IMG/VR virus record: IMGVR_UViG_3300034685_000168
Span: 43,639-107,638 of that record
Reading direction: 5' to 3' (one strand)
DNA length: 64,000 bases
Origin: a virus
In this document: positions 1 through 9,305 of the stretch, in pieces
Position numbering within the stretch: the stretch's first letter is position 1
Layout of the letters: every line of letters starts with the position of its first letter
Made by a program: the position numbers and the translations under genes
Notes under the pieces: generated by a model
The model's input: the letters and a program-made list of their open reading frames with translations, nothing else
Database searches by the model: none
Told to the model about the DNA's origin: nothing

Positions 1-394
1 AAAATAATTTATAATGTAACATCTTAATAACATTAAAACACCCAGATAATATATCTTTCTTAGGTAAATTAGAATTCAATATTAAATGTGATAACCATAA
101 ACAAAATAAATTATAAGGATCAGTAATTGTATTATTGGATAAATCTATTCCATCAACTTGTTTAATTGCATTATAAAAAGATTTAATATCCGTATCAAAT
201 ATTTCAAATAAATAATCTTTATCTTTATCAGTAAAACTAATAGTTTTTACTGCTAATAACATACCATTAAGAGCTTCTGGGTGATTTCTATAAACTTCCC
301 AAGCTCTTGTATATTTTTCTATAGCTATTATATGGCTTTTTGTTATTTCAAAATTAAAAGATTTTTTAAAACTATTTTTTAATGAAGTTTCCAT
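1..394 (-). CDS. Conserved phiKZ-like hypothetical/virion protein (partial, runs off the window)
   Basis: ATG at 394 with an AAGGA RBS; own translation METSLKNSFKKSFNFEITK...ITDPYNLFCLWLSHL is open to the window edge. The DP[FY]NL motif resembles the phiKZ gp32 family (from recall). Confidence 0.6.
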   Translation of the reverse strand, partial: METSLKNSFKKSFNFEITKSHIIAIEKYTRAWEVYRNHPEALNGMLLAVKTISFTDKDKDYLFEIFDTDIKSFYNAIKQVDGIDLSNNTITDPYNLFCLWLSHLILNSNLPKKDILSGCFNVIKMLHYKLF

Positions 395-408
395 AATAAT
401 CCTTATTT

Positions 409-1107
409 TTAATATATACAAAATAATGAAGTAGCAATTATTGTTTTATTTCTCGTAGAATACACTGTTCTCTTTACATAAGGAAATATTAAATCTATTC
501 TTGTATGAAAATATTCAGCTATTTCTTTAGTTACTAAATAATAATTATTACCTTCATTTATTTTTAAATTACCTGAGAAGAAATTATTTACTTTTTTAAC
601 ATTTATTAAATTATTTAATTTTATTATTTCTTTAAATTCATAATTTATTTTAACAACTTCATCTATATGTTCTTTTAAAAATAATATATATTTATTTTCA
701 TCATATAAATATACATCAGCAGTTATTTTATTAAATATATTAATATAAGTTTCTTCTATATTTTCTTCAGTATAATCTAATTCATAAATCATACCTTCTT
801 GAGTTAATAATACATCTAGACCATCTTTATAAGTTTTTTGGAATAAAAATACTATATCTTTACGCAATTCATATATATTGGTTAATACTGATAAATTATA
901 ATTTTCAGGTGTTAAGATATATAAATTATTAATATCTTCTTTTTCAGGTAAAGTTTGATTAGATGGTAATAATTTTATTGTATTTTTACCATTATTAATT
1001 GTAATAGCTTTATCTGTACAATTAATTATATTACGTATATCTTTTTTAATTACATTATTCTTTACAATATGTTGTATATATCCACAATTTTTAATTAAAC
1101 ATCTCAT
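409..1107 (-). CDS. Hypothetical protein
   Basis: ORF track gives 409..1137; the better start is ATG 1107 (MRCLIK) behind AAAGGA. Confidence 0.6.
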   Translation of the reverse strand: MRCLIKNCGYIQHIVKNNVIKKDIRNIINCTDKAITINNGKNTIKLLPSNQTLPEKEDINNLYILTPENYNLSVLTNIYELRKDIVFLFQKTYKDGLDVLLTQEGMIYELDYTEENIEETYINIFNKITADVYLYDENKYILFLKEHIDEVVKINYEFKEIIKLNNLINVKKVNNFFSGNLKINEGNNYYLVTKEIAEYFHTRIDLIFPYVKRTVYSTRNKTIIATSLFCIY

Positions 1108-1159
1108 AAATATATAATCCTTTAAAAATACTAACATTACAGTTATATAATTATAGATA

Positions 1160-1195
1160 ATAGATAGGTATAGGAATATTCCTATACCTATCTAT
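1160..1195. terminator. Perfect 36-bp palindrome (hairpin terminator)
   Basis: atagataggtataggaat/attcctatacctatctat, just downstream of the terminase stop. Confidence 0.75.
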
Positions 1196-1204
1196 AATAT
1201 GTTT

Positions 1205-3322
1205 TTATTTATTAAGTAATCTTCTTAATGTATTAGATAAATTTAATCTTTTATCTTTTTTATTTTCTATGGTTTCAGTATCTAAACTAGATTGAGATTG
1301 GATAGCTTGTTTGATTTCATGATTAATAGAACTTTCGACTAACAACAATTCTCTTTTATAAATCTCTTTTAAACTATTAGAAGAAGTAATTTCTATTAAT
1401 TCTTTTAATCCATCTCTACGTTTACGTAATTCCATTTGATTTTCTATTTCAGTTTTACTATAAGTATTATTAGGGTCTATATGTTTAATCATAAACTTAT
1501 TTGCATCTATGTTATATATATAAGTATTTTTAGCATATTTAATAAACCATTGACCTATCATCCATGCCATTAATAAGTCATCGTGTTTACCATCTGGGTG
1601 ATCTATTCTACCATTTTTATTTTTAATACTTTGTATTTCAAGTATTAATCTTTCATCATATAATTTAGTTTTACATTCAGGTATTACGTCTTTATAAATA
1701 GAAGAATATAAAATATGTCTTGAAGCAGTAGTTGTTCTAAATCCAAAACACTTTTTATCAGGACCAACTATACTTCCAACATGATAGAAATCTCTTTTTT
1801 CCGGATGTATTGCGGTATCTACTTTTGTATTAAATATTCTTAAATACGGATTTATATTTGCATTTTCACAAAATGCTAAAACGTTATCTAATATAGATGC
1901 ACCTACATGATTACGTTCAGGTATATAAAGTAATTTATCATAATTAACTATAAAATCAAATGCTAATTCACTTATATGGAATAAATTACTTATATTACAT
2001 TTACAACTTGCAACTAATGATAAATCTTCTGGATCTAATACAACAAATGTTGTAAAGTCTTCCCCAATATCTTCAGAACTATCATTAGCTAATATTAAAC
2101 TTTTATTTTTTCTAAATTCATTAGATTCTATTTCACTTTTCTCTCTAAACCAATAAATTAATATATTATTAAAATTTTGTACATAACAAGCATCTTTTTT
2201 ATAATTACTTAATTCAGATAATAAAATTGGATTTAATATACTTGATGACCCTGAACCAACTGACCATTTCCCTAAGAAATCTCGTTCTACTTCTTCTCTT
2301 GTTAAGTTACCATTACGAATACGTTCTTCTAACCATGCTTTATCTTTACCTAATTGTAAATATGATTTAGTTATATAAACCATATTATTTTTAGAATTCT
2401 TAGTTACCAATGCAATTAATTCGTCATGATCTTTACAATCATAGATACCTTCATACCAAGGCATACATTTTTTAACAATAGAATATGCAAAATCTCCAGA
2501 AGCAGTTGTTAAATCACCAGCGGTTGTAAATATCATATTAGCTGTAGGCATATCATTTTTTTTAGCTTGTTCTGATGCAGCTGACATGGCACTTATAGCT
2601 GCTTTATACATAACTTCATTATTATTAATATATGGAAATTCATCCCATGCTAATAGTGGAACAGACATACCTCTAACTTTTCTATCAGCAGCTCGTCTAT
2701 CACTTTGACCAACGAATGTTAAAACTTTATTAAATAATTTATGATAATATAAACCTTCTTTATTATCTGTGTCTTTTATACTAGTATTAATTAACCATTG
2801 TGGTAAATCATCTCTCATAGATTTTAATCTACTAATGTTTTCTTGTCTAAGATCATTGGTACTCATTATTAATCCAATAGTATATCTAAATCCTAATAAA
2901 TACATCATTAAAATAACAATGGATAATAATGTAATAGTTTTACCTATCTGTCGTGCTATGACTAAAAATAAATTTATATCATTAAAAAATAACCACAATA
3001 CTGCTAAGTTAGCTTGATTAAATTCAAACATTACTGAATCACCAGATGATTGTGGTACTCTTAATATTTCTCTAAAAAAATATATAGGATTTATTTTTAT
3101 TTCAACTGCTATTTTTAACATAGTAGAATAAGATAAATTAGGATCTAAAGGATCTATATATCTAAGATCTTCTTGACATAAAGTTAAAAACCAATAATAA
3201 TTTTCTATACCTTTTTCTTTTAGTTTTTTAGCTTCTTTTATAGCTGATAAATTTTTAGTTTCCCAATGGATACCAATATTATTATTTTGTATCCCGTTTA
3301 TGTATAATAAATTTTTTTCCAT
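1205..3322 (-). CDS. terL: Terminase large subunit (phiKZ gp25-like)
   Basis: Walker A ARQIGKT, Walker B LLAWDE, coupling motif FTTAG, nuclease acidic residues LANDSS and RIDHPDGKHDDLLMAW; 705 aa. Confidence 0.93.
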   Translation of the reverse strand: MEKNLLYINGIQNNNIGIHWETKNLSAIKEAKKLKEKGIENYYWFLTLCQEDLRYIDPLDPNLSYSTMLKIAVEIKINPIYFFREILRVPQSSGDSVMFEFNQANLAVLWLFFNDINLFLVIARQIGKTITLLSIVILMMYLLGFRYTIGLIMSTNDLRQENISRLKSMRDDLPQWLINTSIKDTDNKEGLYYHKLFNKVLTFVGQSDRRAADRKVRGMSVPLLAWDEFPYINNNEVMYKAAISAMSAASEQAKKNDMPTANMIFTTAGDLTTASGDFAYSIVKKCMPWYEGIYDCKDHDELIALVTKNSKNNMVYITKSYLQLGKDKAWLEERIRNGNLTREEVERDFLGKWSVGSGSSSILNPILLSELSNYKKDACYVQNFNNILIYWFREKSEIESNEFRKNKSLILANDSSEDIGEDFTTFVVLDPEDLSLVASCKCNISNLFHISELAFDFIVNYDKLLYIPERNHVGASILDNVLAFCENANINPYLRIFNTKVDTAIHPEKRDFYHVGSIVGPDKKCFGFRTTTASRHILYSSIYKDVIPECKTKLYDERLILEIQSIKNKNGRIDHPDGKHDDLLMAWMIGQWFIKYAKNTYIYNIDANKFMIKHIDPNNTYSKTEIENQMELRKRRDGLKELIEITSSNSLKEIYKRELLLVESSINHEIKQAIQSQSSLDTETIENKKDKRLNLSNTLRRLLNK

Positions 3323-3338
3323 ATCAAATCCTTACAAA

Positions 3339-3369
3339 AGTTATAGGTTGGAAATACCAACCTATAACT
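3339..3369. terminator. Hairpin terminator
   Basis: agttataggttgg-aaata-ccaacctataact, 13-bp stem. Confidence 0.75.
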
Positions 3370-3376
3370 ACATATT

Positions 3377-3997
3377 TTATTTATTAGCTATTAATTTATT
3401 AATTCTATTTTGTAAATCATTACCATAAAATAATTTAAAATAATCATGTTGTTGATTAATAATTTCCATATCTTCATTATTTAAAAAACCTCTTTTATAA
3501 AGAGTATTATATAAATCATTAATTATATATTGTTCTATATTAAGTAAATTAATTGTTTTATTATATGATCCATAAGAAAAAACATTAACTGGTTTTGCTT
3601 CTATAGATGAAATAGGATTCAAAATAATTTCATCCGCTATTTTAATAAAAAATAAAGAATAAGTATTAGTTCTTCTAATATCAACTTTAATTTTACATGG
3701 AAGATTTTCTAATAAATTAACTAGACCATTAATACAAAATATCTCTGAATTAATTATATCTAAATGAAAATAAATAGTATCTTCATTGGTTAATTGTAAT
3801 GCAATGTTAATAAGTTCATATACAAACTTATTATGGTAATGAAAATCTACTAAATATACATCTACTATTTTATTACCATTTTCATCTAATCTAATATTAG
3901 ATAAACTAGCTTCTTTTTTATTTTCATCATTAGCTGGTTGAGGTGGTTCGATTTTGTCATTTTTCATATTCATAAGATAAATATCAAGATCTTCCAT
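3377..3997 (-). CDS. ClpP-fold paralogue, probably catalytically inactive
   Basis: Colinear with the adjacent ClpP-like protein (LTNEDTIYFHL vs LTENDEVFFLI), but lacks the ASMGS Ser and MFH His motifs. Its start overlaps the upstream stop (TAATG). Confidence 0.5.
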   Translation of the reverse strand: MEDLDIYLMNMKNDKIEPPQPANDENKKEASLSNIRLDENGNKIVDVYLVDFHYHNKFVYELINIALQLTNEDTIYFHLDIINSEIFCINGLVNLLENLPCKIKVDIRRTNTYSLFFIKIADEIILNPISSIEAKPVNVFSYGSYNKTINLLNIEQYIINDLYNTLYKRGFLNNEDMEIINQQHDYFKLFYGNDLQNRINKLIANK

Positions 3998-4770
3998 TAT
4001 TCATCTCCTTCATTTTCAGTATTTCCACCCATTCTTCTAGAAAACTCTTCATAAGTTATAAATATATCTTTTTTATTTTTAACAATATCTACAACTTCTT
4101 CTGGAGTTAAGATACCATCTTGTTGAGCTTTATTCATAAAAACTTCTGTCATATAATCTTGTAAACTAGATTCTGATTCAATATTTACAGTCGTATTACC
4201 TGCAACCCCACCAGAACTCATATGAAACATTATAACAGTACCAGGGAGTATTATTCTATTATGACCAAATAACCATATTCCAGAACCCATAGATGCAATT
4301 ATACCAAATCCAACTGTGGTTATTTCTGCTTTACACCTAGTTATTGCTGAAATCAAACTACTACCACCATTAACATAACCACCGGTACTATTAATAAGGA
4401 AAAATACTTCATCATTTTCTGTTAATCTATCTAATACCATTTCAATACATCTATAAAAATAAAATAATTCTATACCACCAACAATTACTATAAATACTGT
4501 TAAATTACCCGATTCATTAGGTAATATTTTAACAGTAAAAGAAGGAAATTGAACATCATCTGGCCAAGCATCTATTGTATTTTTATCTAAAAAATCTTTT
4601 AATGGTATTTCTTGATCTAATAATTTATTGTTAATAAAATTATTTTGAATTATTTCATTGAAATCAATATTAGATTTATTATTTATATTACCAAAAGATG
4701 GAGAAAAATTATTATTAATTGGATTAATACTATTAATATCTGTTTTATTTTTATTTATAACAAATGACAT
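3997..4770 (-). CDS. clpP: ClpP-like serine protease (S14/S49-type fold)
   Basis: INSTGGYV, IASMGS (catalytic Ser), VIMFH (catalytic His). Likely start is ATG 4770 behind AAAGGAG (track starts at 4803). Confidence 0.85.
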   Translation of the reverse strand: MSFVINKNKTDINSINPINNNFSPSFGNINNKSNIDFNEIIQNNFINNKLLDQEIPLKDFLDKNTIDAWPDDVQFPSFTVKILPNESGNLTVFIVIVGGIELFYFYRCIEMVLDRLTENDEVFFLINSTGGYVNGGSSLISAITRCKAEITTVGFGIIASMGSGIWLFGHNRIILPGTVIMFHMSSGGVAGNTTVNIESESSLQDYMTEVFMNKAQQDGILTPEEVVDIVKNKKDIFITYEEFSRRMGGNTENEGDE

Positions 4771-4771
4771 T

Positions 4772-5650
4772 TTAATTATTTTCTCCTTTATATAGAATAT
4801 CAAACAATGATAATCTTTTGCCTTTGGAAGATACTATTTGTTTTTTTCTTTTATCTATAAAAGATATTGCATCACTATAACTAAAAGACTCATCTAATAA
4901 TATTTTTTTAATATCATCTATTATATTAGAATGCATTCTAATATTTCTATTATTATCATAAATCATTTCAGCTAATGTGAGTGTTATATCATATTCTTCT
5001 TTTAAAGGATCAACTTCAGGAAACATATTGTTCATAATAGTTGTAGCATCATTTTCTATCATTTGAAATCTTTTAGATGCTACTTCAAATCCAGGTATAT
5101 CACAATGGTCTATTGTTTTTGCCGCTCTCACAGGAAGATATCCTGTTTTAGGATCTTGTTTTCCAACAAATGTTCTGATACTAAAAGCCGTGTTCATATA
5201 AGGATCTTCTAATGATTGTCTTAAATAATCACCATATGGACCAAATGGTTTAAAATTTAAATATAAAGTTTTTTTATTATTAATTTCTTTTCCTGGATTT
5301 ATTTCTCTAATATAATGTGATACTAATGTTGAGTCTATAAAGAAACATCTTTCTACCCATTCATTCATTGGTCTATTGTTTCTTTTTGGATGTCTATATT
5401 CTCCATAACAACCACCTTCTAATATAGATTTAGCCAACATTCCAACACTTGGGTCTAATAAATGTTGAGATAAAGTGATTGGGTCATATAACCCTTCTCC
5501 TTGTCCTCTAAATTTAGTATCAAGTTGGATAAATGGAACATTATAGTATCCTTCTTGAGAAGGTTTAGCTTGTTTTAAAACATACCCATTAAGTTCTTTT
5601 GCTACTTTAATTGACTTGTAAAATAATTTATTTAATCTTGTATCACTCAT
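4772..5650 (-). CDS. Prohead maturation protease (phiKZ gp175-like, peptidase S80)
   Basis: GEYRHP, VSHYI, KPFGPYG, NTAFSIR, D...PGF motifs. Confidence 0.85.
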   Translation of the reverse strand: MSDTRLNKLFYKSIKVAKELNGYVLKQAKPSQEGYYNVPFIQLDTKFRGQGEGLYDPITLSQHLLDPSVGMLAKSILEGGCYGEYRHPKRNNRPMNEWVERCFFIDSTLVSHYIREINPGKEINNKKTLYLNFKPFGPYGDYLRQSLEDPYMNTAFSIRTFVGKQDPKTGYLPVRAAKTIDHCDIPGFEVASKRFQMIENDATTIMNNMFPEVDPLKEEYDITLTLAEMIYDNNRNIRMHSNIIDDIKKILLDESFSYSDAISFIDKRKKQIVSSKGKRLSLFDILYKGENN

Positions 5651-5675
5651 AATTATTTTATCCTTTTTTATTTAT

Positions 5676-6353
5676 TTAATCTCGTAATAAACTTTCTAGC
5701 TCAGAAGTATTACTTGTTGGATTAGCTAATGAAGCATCTTCACCTAAACTTGCATAGTTACCACCTATTCTACTAAGTGATGTCATAGCGGCATGGTAAG
5801 GTCTTCCAACAGGTACAAATACTGGTTCTGATTTTTGTTCAGTGTCCTTATATAATAACATTGGATTATCTTTATCTCTGTAACAATACATTAACATCAT
5901 TTCAAAAGATAACCTATCGGAGTTAAAATTAATATTAAGTAATTCTTCTGTATTTTCGAATAATTTAATAGCATTATTAAATGATAACCACTTAGGAACA
6001 TTCCCTACTTTAATAAATTCATTAAATAAATTACCAACATTAGATGACTTAGGGATATATTCTTCGGATACTAAAAATACATCATTTTTTTTATATATTA
6101 AATATACCATATTATTACCATCTATATTTTTAGTTATTATATCTGATGGTATTGTTTCTATAGTAGCTTGGAAATTATAACCAACTTTAATAGAATCATT
6201 AATAGTCATTGTAAAAATACCTATACATTTTACAACTTCTTCTAATTCTAACCAACCTATATTTTCAAATCTTTCGGGTATTTCTATTTCTAGTTTATCA
6301 CCTATAAATAAAACACTACCATCTTTTTGTCTTTTAAAATAATCTTTATACAT
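5676..6353 (-). CDS. Conserved phiKZ-like protein next to the head protease (gp174-like)
   Basis: Synteny, and C-terminal SRIGGNY...ASLANP...ELESLLR pattern. Confidence 0.55.
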   Translation of the reverse strand: MYKDYFKRQKDGSVLFIGDKLEIEIPERFENIGWLELEEVVKCIGIFTMTINDSIKVGYNFQATIETIPSDIITKNIDGNNMVYLIYKKNDVFLVSEEYIPKSSNVGNLFNEFIKVGNVPKWLSFNNAIKLFENTEELLNINFNSDRLSFEMMLMYCYRDKDNPMLLYKDTEQKSEPVFVPVGRPYHAAMTSLSRIGGNYASLGEDASLANPTSNTSELESLLRD

Positions 6354-7635
6354 AATTTAATCCTTTTATTTTTATTAGATTAAAAGAACCTTCATTAAGA
6401 TTTATACCTATTTCTTCTGGTTCATTACAATAACTAGTATATAATCTTTCATTATTGACTCTATCTACGAGGTATTGATCTTTATGTGGTTTTATAAAAT
6501 AAAAATAATCTTTTAATTGTCCTTTATGTCTAACATAATTTACCATATCTAAATTACTATTGCGTTGTAACAATGATTGATTAGTAAAAATTTTAGATTG
6601 GAATAAATTCTTTAATCCTATTCTTGGAATATTATTAATTTCTACAAATACTTTACTATCTACCAAAATAACAAAAGAGTCAAAACTATATTCTTCATTC
6701 CAAAATTTAGTAATCATATCTTTTACTGAATAAGGAATAACGGCATTTAATTTAGCTGGTCTAAATTTATTTTTTCCATAATCAGATATCATCATAGCTT
6801 CTATAGGAATATCATTTAAATTTAACTCAATATTGCTTGTATTATAATGATATTTATTAGGTAATATTAATCTACCATTAATTACTAATAAAGGAGTTTT
6901 ATTAACTAATTCATTTTCATTGAACTTTATTTTTAATTTACCATTAAATCCATTATCTAAATCAATAGAACTATAATCTATATTTAATTCATTAAATTGT
7001 TTAATAGTAAAATTATTAAAATTACTAAAGTCTAATAAAAAAGTTCCACCATTATCTTCTTGTAACTCTTTAGTTGCATTTAAAATATAATATTCATTAT
7101 TAATAATTTTAAAAGGTAAAAACTTTCCATTAATATTAAAAATACAATTGTTTAAATTAATAATATCTGAATAAAATAATTCAGGTATTTTAACTCTTAA
7201 ATCTTTAGGTTTTTTGATTAAATATTCTCGTTTAACTAAGTGTGGTTTTTTATAATTAGCTTCTTGTATAATAATATCTTTTATATATTCTATTGGTATT
7301 ATTTTTAATAAACTATTATAGTTATCTTTATTAACTTCTATATATTTATTAATTCTATTACCATCTTTAAAATAAATTATTTCTCCTCTAGGAATGTTAG
7401 ATTTATAATTATTTAGATCAGTAATTGTTATCTTAGATAAAAAGTCTTCCCATGTAAAAGCTCTTATTTTTTTAGCATTAATTAATTTATTATAATTTAT
7501 ATTAATATTATTTATTGTTAATATAATAGTTTTATTATTAGATAAAGAATTAAGTATTTCTTGATAAGTAAAAAAACTATATTCATAAGTTTTTATTATA
7601 TGGTTTTCTAAAAAAGTAATATATGTTAGTTCCAT
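6346..7635 (-). CDS. Putative virion structural (baseplate/tail) protein
   Basis: 429 aa with repeated xINGRL/INGKF beta motifs typical of phiKZ-like structural proteins. Confidence 0.5.
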   Translation of the reverse strand: MELTYITFLENHIIKTYEYSFFTYQEILNSLSNNKTIILTINNININYNKLINAKKIRAFTWEDFLSKITITDLNNYKSNIPRGEIIYFKDGNRINKYIEVNKDNYNSLLKIIPIEYIKDIIIQEANYKKPHLVKREYLIKKPKDLRVKIPELFYSDIINLNNCIFNINGKFLPFKIINNEYYILNATKELQEDNGGTFLLDFSNFNNFTIKQFNELNIDYSSIDLDNGFNGKLKIKFNENELVNKTPLLVINGRLILPNKYHYNTSNIELNLNDIPIEAMMISDYGKNKFRPAKLNAVIPYSVKDMITKFWNEEYSFDSFVILVDSKVFVEINNIPRIGLKNLFQSKIFTNQSLLQRNSNLDMVNYVRHKGQLKDYFYFIKPHKDQYLVDRVNNERLYTSYCNEPEEIGINLNEGSFNLIKIKGLNYV

Positions 7636-7681
7636 AATTAAGTAATCTCCATATTAATTAAATTTAATTATATATAATGTC

Positions 7682-7711
7682 TATAGGTAGGAAGATATCT
7701 TCCTACCTATA
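7682..7711. terminator. Perfect 30-bp palindrome (hairpin terminator)
   Basis: tataggtaggaagat/atcttcctacctata. Confidence 0.75.
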
Positions 7712-7716
7712 ACATA

Positions 7717-9300
7717 TTATTTAATTTCTACAGGTACTCCATAAATAGGATAATAAACATCATTAATCTTTTCTAAAAATTCCATTATTACTATTTTATT
7801 TTTATATTCACCTGGAATATTTTCAGTAATAAAAATATCAGTATTATAATCTATTATAGCTTTTGGTATACTCAATATAGCTTGGCCAGTTACAGCATCT
7901 AATATATTAAAATGAGTTGGTTCTATGGCTGTTGATTCCCCATTATCTGGATTATAAGGTGGATTAGCATTATAATAAAATGAATCTAAAAATATAGTAG
8001 AATTATGAAATTCTGTTTCTGGAATATTATACAATTGTGTTGTTTGATTATATATTAATCTAGGTCTTGGAGTATTTTGTCCTATTCCACCATAACTATC
8101 TATAACAAATGGTGTATTATTAGAGAATGTTGTAAGATTAATAAATCCTGTTTGATTAGTAAATACTAAAGCATTATCTGTAATGTTAAATTCAAATGGT
8201 TGTATAGAATTTATTAATGTTAAATTAATATTTTTAATCCAATTTATTTTATTAGTAACATCTCTTATTGCTTTGGTTCTATCTTTCATATATGCTCTAA
8301 GTATTAAAGACCATTTGCTTGTATTATGATCCCATTGTGGAATAATAGATACTTTACCAACAGTACTAATTTCTATAGGACTTACAACTACCCATTTTTC
8401 TGCAGTAATATGATTACTATTAAGATCTAATAAATTAGTATTTAATTCTGATGTATCGGGTGGAAAATATTTAGCTATTATTTTAAATCTTGTTTGAAAA
8501 TATGGTGGTATTAATTCATCTATACCATAAACAAAACAATCTAAATTATTTACATCCACAGCTAATTCTGCACCATCTGCATAAATTAATGTTGGATAAA
8601 TACCTATTTCATAAGGATCTTGATTTTCATATAAAATTATTTCTTCTCCAACATCTTGAGAAGATCTAATAATAAAATCTACTATAGGATTTTCTACTAC
8701 AGGAAGTTGATTAATTACAGTAGATGAAGTACTAACTACCATAATACGCATAACATATTCATCAGAGTTATTATAAATTTCTATTTTAAATACATCATTA
8801 TCTTGTATATCATAATTAGTATAACATGGACTGCAAGTATATATATTATCTACATTAGATTCTACTAAAGGAATTTTATAAGTAATAGATTGATCACTAG
8901 GATCTATATGATATCCAACATCAACCCAATTTTCATTTATATACTTTTTTAATTTATAATAATAAGAGTTTAATCCAAATATAGGAATTTTATTATCTAC
9001 TATTAATTTAGTTGGTATTACTTCTTTATTGTAATATAAAAAGAAAATATCATTTCCATAATCAATTAAATATTCAGATTCCACAGTTTCAAAAAAAGCA
9101 GTAGCATAAGTAACTTTATATCTTTCATCTATAGATTTAACACGTCTATAATATCCATTTTGATCAAAAACAAAAGCTCCTATTTCAGGAACTATCTTAC
9201 CCACAGCTAAAGAATTAGTTGTATGTATATCCGGATCATAAATATTTACAATATTATGTATTTCAGGTTTTTCTCTATGATTTAATCTTAACTGAACCAT
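7717..9300 (-). CDS. Virion structural protein (phiKZ gp26-like)
   Basis: 527 aa, C-terminal FYYNANPPY...PTHF; synteny with the sheath cluster. Confidence 0.6.
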   Translation of the reverse strand: MVQLRLNHREKPEIHNIVNIYDPDIHTTNSLAVGKIVPEIGAFVFDQNGYYRRVKSIDERYKVTYATAFFETVESEYLIDYGNDIFFLYYNKEVIPTKLIVDNKIPIFGLNSYYYKLKKYINENWVDVGYHIDPSDQSITYKIPLVESNVDNIYTCSPCYTNYDIQDNDVFKIEIYNNSDEYVMRIMVVSTSSTVINQLPVVENPIVDFIIRSSQDVGEEIILYENQDPYEIGIYPTLIYADGAELAVDVNNLDCFVYGIDELIPPYFQTRFKIIAKYFPPDTSELNTNLLDLNSNHITAEKWVVVSPIEISTVGKVSIIPQWDHNTSKWSLILRAYMKDRTKAIRDVTNKINWIKNINLTLINSIQPFEFNITDNALVFTNQTGFINLTTFSNNTPFVIDSYGGIGQNTPRPRLIYNQTTQLYNIPETEFHNSTIFLDSFYYNANPPYNPDNGESTAIEPTHFNILDAVTGQAILSIPKAIIDYNTDIFITENIPGEYKNKIVIMEFLEKINDVYYPIYGVPVEIK

Positions 9301-9305
9301 AAGTT

